Below the pieces are notes generated by a model that was not told the origin of the DNA, made no database searches, and worked only from the letters and a program-made list of their open reading frames with translations. A stretch of DNA of 41,180 nucleotides from Nemertoderma westbladi (Eukaryota; Animalia; Xenacoelomorpha): assembly GCA_032718475.1 (NCBI GenBank), contig JAUCBJ010003401.1, positions 1 to 41,180 of the forward strand, written 5' to 3'. The translations under genes and the position numbers were made by a program. Of the stretch, positions 12,033 to 21,300 are shown one piece after another (the first letter of the stretch is position 1; every line of letters starts with the position of its first letter).

Positions 12033-12331
12033 TAAATAAGAAACCCATGTCAAAAAGTTCTTATTTAAGGACTTTTAGTATTTATGTGTACAATTTCGAT
12101 GTCTTAAATACAGAAATAGGGTAAATTTAAAAAATCCCTCTTATTTAGGAACTGGTCGTATTTTTGATGCAATTTTAAAACGCTTGTAGAAAAAAAACCG
12201 GACGGTGAAATGTTTTCTGTTTTTTTGCATTATGTTGAAGAAAGACCCAACTTTTATATTGTGAAATAAAATTATGCGGTATTTTTTCCTGAAACAAGTT
12301 CTTGCATATTATGTCGAAAAAATATCCAAAA
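12033..12331 (-). repeat. Right arm of the ~300-bp inverted repeat (partner 3474-3791)
   Basis: Reverse-complement match to 3474-3791. TAAATAAG motifs continue outward to about 12376. Confidence 0.85.
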
Positions 12332-12497
12332 AAGACCCAAAAATCCCTAAATAAGAGCCATTTTCCTTAAATAAGAACTCACCCAACCCACTAATGCAAG
12401 AAAAATAAAAAATACCGTACAGTAGTATAAGTGGATTAGTTTAATCACAATGACAGAATGATGTACTGTAAATGAAATATTTATAGGCCTAGTTAAG

Positions 12498-13743
12498 ACC
12501 CACAGACTCAGGCGCCAGACTGGAATCCATACACCTTGCGCCAGATTAATCCGGCGCACTTTGCAATAAAAGCGCGCCAATGTGGCGCATGGCGCGCTCG
12601 AAAATCGTAATGCGCGCCGCCGACTTTGGCGCGCTCGAAAATCATAAAGCGCACCGGCTTTCAGCTTTGGCGCGTGGCGCTCCCAAAAATAAAAACCGGC
12701 GCCGATTTGTTAGTTTACAGGTTTAACAATTATGGAAGTGCCTTAAAAATAGCATTAGCTGCTTAAAAATTTCGGCTCGCTTCGCTTGCCTTTCTTTTTC
12801 TGTTGTATGGTTCAGTGGTTATGGGTTAGGCTACTGTCTGACTGTTGTATAGGCCTACAGATATAGGGCAGCAGGGACTGGTACAGCAGTACTGATTGAC
12901 ATTGACATATTGGTTACACTCCCTCAAAATTGAATTTGCATTAGCGTGGCGCTCTTCAAAATTGTTTCAATGTGTGGCGCGCTAAAAATTTAGTTGGCGC
13001 GGGGTTTCTTCGAAATTGCATCGGCGTGCTTAAAAATTTAGTTGGTGCGGGGTTTTTCTTCGAAATGGCATCGGCGCGCGGCGCGCATAAAAATTGGTCG
13101 GCGCGCTATCCGGCGCACTTTTTGGATGGATTCCATACAGGCTCAGGCGTTGATAGACATTCGGGTTATCAACCTTGACGCCGAGTCCTGTGGGTCGTAC
13201 CCCAATGTCTGTCCTCGAGTCGGCCGAAGACAAAAAGAAGCGGCTGTACGCGGAAGCAGTGACGGCACGACGGGGCGACTTCTTTCCGTTTGTTGCGTCC
13301 TGTGACGGCGTACTCGCTCCGCAGGCGAACCACCTCCGTATCTTGGCTGATAGGCTGCACCGTTCCTGAGGCCGACCTTTCAGCACCACGATGGGCTGGG
13401 TCCGAACACGCTTCCAGTTCGCGATAATTCGCGGGGCCTCCCATTGTCTACGGGGCTCGCGGGTGAAGTGGAGTAGTGGGCAGGGGTTTGAGGACGGTGC
13501 TGGGCTGCCAAGCAGTATTTAGAACAGCATTGGAGCCATGGCTGTTCTGGTAGGCCTACTGTAATACTTTTATTTGTGTTTATTTCTATATTATTTTAAA
13601 TGTTGCTAGGATACACTGTGGAAACAGCTGGTGGCGGGTTTGCTATAGTTTTTTTTGGTTTAATGTGCTATTATGTGTTTTTTATGTTAATATACTGCAG
13701 TACTGGGTTTGCAATTCCACTTATCGGTTAACTAAAAAATTTA
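12498..13743 (+). mobile_element. 5'-truncated CRE-like non-LTR retrotransposon (restriction-like endonuclease C-terminus plus 3' UTR), split by a MITE
   Basis: Removing 12515-13149 restores PQTQALIDIRVINLDAES./.PMSVLESAEDKKKRLYAEAVTARRGDFFPFVASCDGVLAPQA...*GRPFSTTMGWVRTRFQFAIIRGASHCLRGSR..., with a stop at 13520-13522. This fits the D-x-RV / E-x2-KK-x2-Y / F-x-P-x-V / CLRGSR pattern of CRE-type RLE domains as I recall it. Possible TSD TAGTTAAG (12490-12497 / 13744-13751). Confidence 0.8.
12515..13141. mobile_element. MITE with 8-bp TSD (hAT- or P-like) and GGCGC-rich subterminal repeats
   Basis: Exact TSD CTCAGGCG (12507-12514 / 13142-13149). TIR ccagactggaatccat versus reverse complement cctgtatggaatccat (13/16). 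Confidence 0.85.
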
Positions 13744-13821
13744 TAGTTAAGTCTGGTTTAGTAATAAACATACTGTACTTATAGTTAAGTCTGGTTTAGT
13801 AATAAACATACTGTACTTATA
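13741..13821. repeat. Perfect 38-bp tandem duplication
   Basis: ttatagttaagtctggtttagtaataaacatactgtac occurs twice, followed by ttata. Confidence 0.95.
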
Positions 13822-13959
13822 CAATATCTGAAGTACTTGCCACATAGTAATATTCAATGTGGGCAAAATGCAGGTCTCACATATCAGTTCATCACCCCGA
13901 AACTCGTGTTGCGTTTTATTTCACACAACTTTTAAGATATCAACCACTTCGTGCAAACG

Positions 13960-14174
13960 GGGTGTATGTAAATGCTACGCCGTAACGCCGACAACCATTA
14001 TTAAAGCTAATTAATGTTATTTATTCATTGAGGGAAAGGAACAGGTTACAGGTAGAACCGGTGGAAGGTTAGTCTAACCAAAACAATAAACGACAGTTAC
14101 GAACTCAGGTTACATTTTAATATTTTTGCTGTTGTCGGCAGTGGTTGCCGGTTGTCGGCGTAGTGTTTACACCC
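13960..14174. mobile_element. 215-bp Mutator-like MITE
   Basis: Exact 9-bp TSD GTGCAAACG (13951-13959 / 14175-14183). TIR gggtgta[tgta]aatgctacgccg versus reverse complement gggtgtaaacactacgccg. A 9-bp TSD with G termini is typical of MULEs. Confidence 0.85.
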
Positions 14175-14190
14175 GTGCAAACGCTACATC

Positions 14191-14430
14191 CTATACATTC
14201 AATTGGTCCAAGGTCTGTCTGTAGCATTCCCGACACGGGGAGTAGCAAAAAGAACAGTGCTGGGAGGCTGGACAGCGTGGAAATGGTTTAGTTTCGCTGT
14301 CGGTTCTCCTTTTATGAATTTTTTGTTTGTGTCTCGATAATGCAGAGGTTGATGTGTATTTACATGTGTAATTCTTATCGCATAAATTACATTCCACTAC
14401 GTTTTTAATCGTATCATTACTGCTCCCATG
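14191..14430 (-). pseudogene. BED zinc-finger fragment, probably from a hAT transposase N-terminus
   Basis: VVECNLCDKNYTCKYTSTSALSRHKQKIH matches the BED pattern C-x2-C...TS-x-L-x-RH-x4-H. No transposase core follows. Confidence 0.6.
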
Positions 14431-15355
14431 TAATTACCATGAGAAAGAATAAGGCCCCTTTAAGGCTCTTAAAGTATTGAATTAACAAAACCTGCTACTG
14501 TTAGTATTATGTACGGTATTGTCGGTATTGGCTTTGGCTATTATTATTGTTGCTTCAATTCTTAGTAATTTGATTTGCTGTACCTTCTGTTCTGCCTGAC
14601 ACCTGACTGCTTTCGGTATAACTTATATAATGAAACAGACAATGCTGCAAGGGGAGGGTGATAATAATGAATACAGATCCTGTGATATGGAATAATGGTA
14701 ACCTGAACTTTTTCATGTTAGCAATATTTCATTCTCATTGACTCTGTGTTAAACAGGATTAACGTGATTGTTTGCTGCTTAGTAGCAGCTTTCTCCAACC
14801 GCATTACTTGTTTTATACAAAATGGAATAATGTTAACTGGAAAATCCACGATCTAAGCACCAGTTACGTAGGTACCAGTACCAGTACACAAAGTTGCCTA
14901 AAGCAGTAGGTAGTCAGGTAGTAGTAGCATCTTCTTACATTTTCATTTTCGATTTTTTTTCTTTTTTTTTCTCTTTTGATTTATATTTTTTTCGATTTTT
15001 TTTTATTTGTATCATTTTTGATATCACAAGTGTTGACCCGGACCCAGACCGGGCAAGATGTTCGACCCGGTCGTTTACGAACCGTAACTGAACCTTAATC
15101 GTTAGTCCCGGTACTTATCAGCCTATCTGCCTAGATAATAAAAGCCCCTATTTGATATTACTACTGACATACTATTATGTGATGTGACTACTACATAGGC
15201 CTACCTCAGTACCTGGCAGCCTGGTAGGCTTGAAATGTTTTATTTTTGAAATGATTTAAAATCAGCAGAAGTTATATAAAGTTTGATTATTTAGATCACC
15301 TTAATAATTTGTATTATAACTATTATCTTATTAGGGCCTACCTATCTAATACGAA

Positions 15356-18300
15356 ATGTTCAAAAAGTTAAAAGAGCAAGTTGGTGGTAATGAAACACCC
15401 CCTAATCGCAAGGGACTTACAAAGAAGCAGAGTAATCGTAGAAGCGCCTCGAGAGAGTCGCTATCATCTGTGTCTTCGGATTTTGCGGCAGGGTCCTTTC
15501 CTTCAACTTCCACTCCAACTGCTGTTGATTTATCTCAATCTACTAATAAATCTGTTGATGAATCATTTACAAATATCGTTGATGGTGTTCCCGTTACTTC
15601 TATTCCAATTGCTGGTTCTAGCGAGACAACTATATTACCGGTACCAAATAGTACATTTAATGACACACCTAGAACCTCTTCTGGTTCCACTTACCAGCAA
15701 CATCACGCTTCAACAGAGAGCATCGTTTCGCTATTTAGAAGTGCAATCAGTTCGGCATCTAATCAGTTGGCCGTTGTGATGCCATCAGATACTGAGGAAA
15801 GTGAAATGGAGGATCAGTTGGATCACTATGAGAAGGATGATCTTATTGTGTCATTCCATCGCGTTGAGCGTAAATTATTAACTTATAAACAAAGGTTCAA
15901 GGATCTTGTAACGGCATACAAAGAGGTGGAAAACGAACGCGTTTCAATTTACAACAAACTAGAAAAGTGCGAGGACAAGGCAAGTAAGAGAATTTCAGAG
16001 TTAAAAGAAGAAGTGAGTTTGAACCACAAGGCTAAAGCTCATCTGGAGGAAAATCTGAAAGTAGAGATCGAGGAAAGAGATGAGAAAATTAAAGTTCTTC
16101 TAGCAAAATTAGATGCAGTCAGTTCCGAAGTGGCTTCCACTTCACCAGATGAGTCTGAACTCGTAAAGTACAAAGATAAGTGTTTTAAATTGGAAGGTTT
16201 CATTATAAAGGCAAAAGATGCCATTAAGTTGCAAAAAAGTAGATTTGCTGAATTACAAAATGTTGCATCGCAGAAAGCAGAAGAATATGATTGTCTTAAA
16301 GAGGAATTTGAAAATTACAAGCTGGAGTCTACAATGCAAATTGCAGAATGTAAGCAACAATTTCATTCTGAAATGGAAAGTAGAGAGTTGGAAATCGATG
16401 TGTTAAAAGTGACTAATAAGAAGCAGGAGGATTTATATGCTAACTTACAAGTAAAGTGTCAGGGTTTACAACAGCGGCTTGATTCTGATAATTCTGAACT
16501 TATTGACGATTTATCCCGTGGAAAGAACGCTGCATTGCAATTACTGCAGGATCAAAAGCAATTAGAAATAGATCAACTAAAGGCCACGCATGTATCAGAG
16601 TTACAAGCAGAGGTATTGAAGCATGATAATTACATCGCAAGTATACTTATTGAACATAAGCAAGAGATTGGACGTCTCTCTCATGATTATGAATTAAAAT
16701 TACATTCCACAAACGAACAACATAAGAATGATATTATTGTAGAGGTAAAAGGATGCAGTAATGGGGCTGCAGATGTGTTTGTGCAAACAGATTATGGTGG
16801 AAGTAGTGAGATGCTGAACCTAGAGAAATTGTTGATCAGTAATGAATCTCAAACAATTTCAATGGAAGACACAAAATCTCTCCAAGGAAAAGAAATTGAA
16901 GTAGATAAGTCTGCTGTAATGGTAAGGAATATGGAAGTATCTGCAGTGACATTGGAGCATTGGGGTTGTAACAACAAGGAACATGAATTTTATGATAGTA
17001 AAATAAAGTCCCATGAAAGTGATAATGAATCTCTGATTAAAAACATTCAAGATTTAAAATTGGAAATTAGCAAACTGGAGATATTACATCGAGCTCCGGT
17101 GACCGAAGGTGATTCTAACCTTAAGAAAATGATCGCTGCCACTGTTAGGCCTATTGATGGAACTATGTTCCACTCTGGCGATTCTAACTTAAATACTGAA
17201 ATAGATAATCTTCCAATTAAACAACAACCTCTTGAAAGAGAATTGCCTAGTCAAGATTGTAAACTTGTAGAAATAATGGATTGTAATAGTGCATTAACTG
17301 CTCGGGTAACAGAGCTGCAGAGTGAACTCGCCAAAAAAAGTGAGGATTATTCTCAACATTTATCCGAATTAATTTTATCCAACAGCACCAACTCAGCGGT
17401 GGCTGATGATCTGCGTGCCCATTATGAGAATGAGAAGGTAAAAGTTAAGGATCTTACAAGCAAGTTGGATACAGAAAAATACAAAATGAAATATGAAGCA
17501 TTTCAGGTTCAGGTCCAATTGTTGAGGTTTTTGCTGACTGCACGTACAGGTTTTGAGGACATAAAGGATAATTTGATAAAGTGTTCTGGTTTTGAGTCTG
17601 ACTGCATTAGCAAAGAAGACACAATGGAGGCAGACAAAATTTCCAGTGATTTAATGAATCGATTAACATTTTGGACCAGCTGTAGCAAAGATGACGCTTG
17701 CGATCTTTATAACGACATGATTACGGATTTACAGTTGTACTGTGATATTGAAAGGGTTCATATTTCCAATGTTCAAGATTTTGTATCCACTTGTGTTGAG
17801 AAAGAGAATGACTTGAACAAAATGCTAGACAAACATTCTGATGACTTAAACTCCCTTAAAGAACTAAATAATAAACTCACAGAAGAATCAGATTTCTTGT
17901 CTAAAAAGGAAATCTCCTCATTTAATTTGATACTATATGTTGAAACCTTCTGTAATGTTACAAATGCACTCCTAGAAACATTGAGTTGCTTTAAGACAGT
18001 TGTGCAGGCATCTCTACAGTGTATGTCAGTTAAAGTTAATAGTCATAGTTGCCCACATATAAAATCAAGTTGTAATTCTGATGATGAACATCCTGGGATT
18101 TGTTCTTGTTCCAATATTGAACATGAAATGGAAGCAAAGATTCTAAGAGTTGTAAATTCCTACATCAACTGTCAGAAGGTTTTACAGGGTATTCTATGTA
18201 ATTTAAAGCACGATGCAGCTCGCTTATGTGAAACTTTGAATAATATTGACTTTGAAAATTCCAGTAAAGTTATGAATGATAATGATCAAGCTTTCGATTT

Positions 18301-21300
18301 AAATTATTTGAACCAACAGTTCAGTTGTATTAAAGACAAACTTGCTTGGTTGCAGAGTAATGACTTCCAAATATTTAGTGATGGTGATTGTGGTAAAGAA
18401 ATATTGTCTTGTTTTGGTGATATGTATGATATCAACTCAGAGTCATGCGGTTCTGGTTATGATGTAGAACATGAGGTTCAACTTGTCCAGGAGTTTGTTG
18501 TTGGCTTGCGATCTCACATGGCAAAACTAAAGGATAGTAATGAAGAATCCATGTGCAACCTCATCATAAAGCATGACAATGAAATGAGCATCTCTAAGAT
18601 CGACAAACAATCAATTTTGGATGATAATATTAATTTAATAAATACAAATAATTTGAAGTCAAACGAAATTGCAGCATTACAAGAAAGGGTAACTAAACTA
18701 AATCCTATGATATGTGAAGTAAATGATGCTAAGGTTGAACTACTGAAATGTATTTCAGATGCAGTTGCATTCCAAACGACCCTTTCTCAGGAAATGGATA
18801 GATTATGTAAAGAACTTAATGATGTGAAACATCAAAGAAATGATTTGGGTGAAGAAAATAACTTATTGACAAATGAAATCAAGTCATTAAAGGAACATAT
18901 AGTGGCCTTGGAATTAGATATTCAACAAAAGGACGATCTAGCCAACAAACTTAGGGAAGAACTTACTGGGGAAATCTCTCAATTAACAATATCAGTAGAT
19001 AGTTTGTCTAATGAGAGGCTCGGATTAATTAATGAACGATCTGGATTGCATAGTATGGTGCAGAGTGTTACTGCTGAAAAGGAAGTGTTAGAAAAGTCAA
19101 ACAACTTATTATTGGAAGAGATGGAGAATGTCAAGGTTGAGTCAAAGAACAGGGATGTGAATAAGGATGATGAGGTGAAGAACTTTAGAATTAAATGTAA
19201 GGATAAGTTCGATCAGATGAAACAGAAACATAGAAACGATTTCGATAATATCAAAGCGAAGCATAAACGAGATATTGAGATCATTCAAGAGGCCAATGAA
19301 TCTGAGGTGCAGAAACTGATGCTGGAAAATAGAAATATTGAAAAGGTAAATAGTGAAAAATTGAATGAATTGAATAAAAGACATGAGATCTATTGTAAAC
19401 AGCTGGTAGGTGAGCACTCCGAGGCAATTGCTAAAATTGTAATGGAAGAGAAACAAATGCAGGAATCGTTATTGGATTCTCACAGAAGTGCATTAACTGA
19501 TCAGTCAGCAGAGCTGAAGAATCTGCACAACATTGAGCATGAACTTACCAAGGAACTTAAATTACTTACTGACAGTTATCGAACAAAAGTCGACGATTTG
19601 GAAAATGCTAAGTCTAAAGAAATCACTGAGATTAAATTTGAGTTGAGCAAAGAGACAAGTCAAAGGGAACAAATTGAAAGTGAATTTAAATTTTTCAAAA
19701 CAACTTCTGATCGCGAGAAAGAATCATTAATGAGTCAAAGAGAACTAGATTGCGAGGCTTTGAAAGAATATTACCAAGAAGAGATAACGGAATTGCAAGC
19801 CTCCCTCCAGTCCTGGAAGGAAAGGAATGACAATACAATTTATGAAGCTGAGTTACATGAGAAAATAGAAGAGTTGAAACTTCAGCATTCTGCAGATTTA
19901 GATAAAGCAAAGAGTAACTCTAGATTTGAGATCGACAGACTTAAGCAATGTTGTGAAGAAGAGGTTGACTTGCTGAAGTATAGTCATGTTAGGGAACTAG
20001 AAAGTGTTGCGCAACAGCAGAAATCAGAGATCGAGAGAGTTAGGATGCTCCATGAGGCCGATTTTGAAGGATTGAGGTCTCAACATAGGAAAGAACTCGA
20101 CGAATCTATTGAGTTGCAAGCTGAAACTGAAGCTGAACTTAAAAAGAAACATAATGAGAATGACGAATTATTAAATGATGAAATTGTTAGGCTGAATGCA
20201 AACATAGATAAATTGGACAATGATCTAACCCACTCAAAAGAAGACTTTATTAAGATGGAGAGAGACTTTAATGAGGCTCAGCATATTCTGCATCTAGATA
20301 ATCAACAATTGGAAGTTCAACTTCAGCAACAGGCTGATAGATTTAAGTTGCAAGCGAATACTTTGGCGATGGAAGCCAGTGAGCAAGGTGATCATATACT
20401 AGAGGATCATCTTATGAAAATATCGGAGATGCAAAGTGAATTTGATATCCGGTACCAGGAAATGCAGAACAAGTACCAGGTTGATGTATCCGAGAATAAC
20501 AATAGGATTCATCATTTAGAAGAGCTACTATGTGAACGTAACAGCACATTTGGTCTGCTGGTTTCCAGCTTGTGTGACATTACGAATAGTTTAGGTATTG
20601 AAAACTTGCCGGATGATTTTAAGGCGGGGGTTGTTGGGCAGGTTAGTGTTACTGAGGATATCTTGGAGAATCCGACTCATCAGGATTTAGCTATTAATAA
20701 TATAGTTTCTACTGTTAAGTCGCGATTGGAAAGCTTGTTTCAGACCTGTGATAATTCGAAGCGTGATAAAGATAATTTGTCGGCTCTAGTAGAGAGAAAC
20801 GACACAGAAATCATTGAATTGCAGCGTCAATTAGTAACTGCCCAGTCCGCAGCTGGCGAACTTAGTGAAAGGGCGAAGCAGTTGGCTAATCTAACATCAG
20901 CGCTTTCTGAGAGAGACATAAAGCTAAGGAAATTCCAAAATCAAATCTCTGGATTCGAGGGGAAAATAACTGGAATGGAAAAACAACTCGAGGTTAAAGA
21001 GGATAAAGTTAAGGAGTTGATGCTTCAAGTAAAAAAGAATGAAACCTTGGCAATGCAGAAAGATAATAGGTTGACAGAATTGGAAGGTGAAATCAATGTG
21101 TTGAGAAAAGAACATTCTATTATTGTTGAACAGCTTAAAGACCTTAAATTGGAAAGTGAAGTTGCGGAGAAAAATATGTTACGTTTAGAGAATATGAATA
21201 AGAAACATATAAACATTGAAAAGAAAATGAAGGTTAAGGTTGATGGTCTTTTAGAAGAATGTAATTCTAGGGAACATAAAATACATGATTTTGATTTAAA

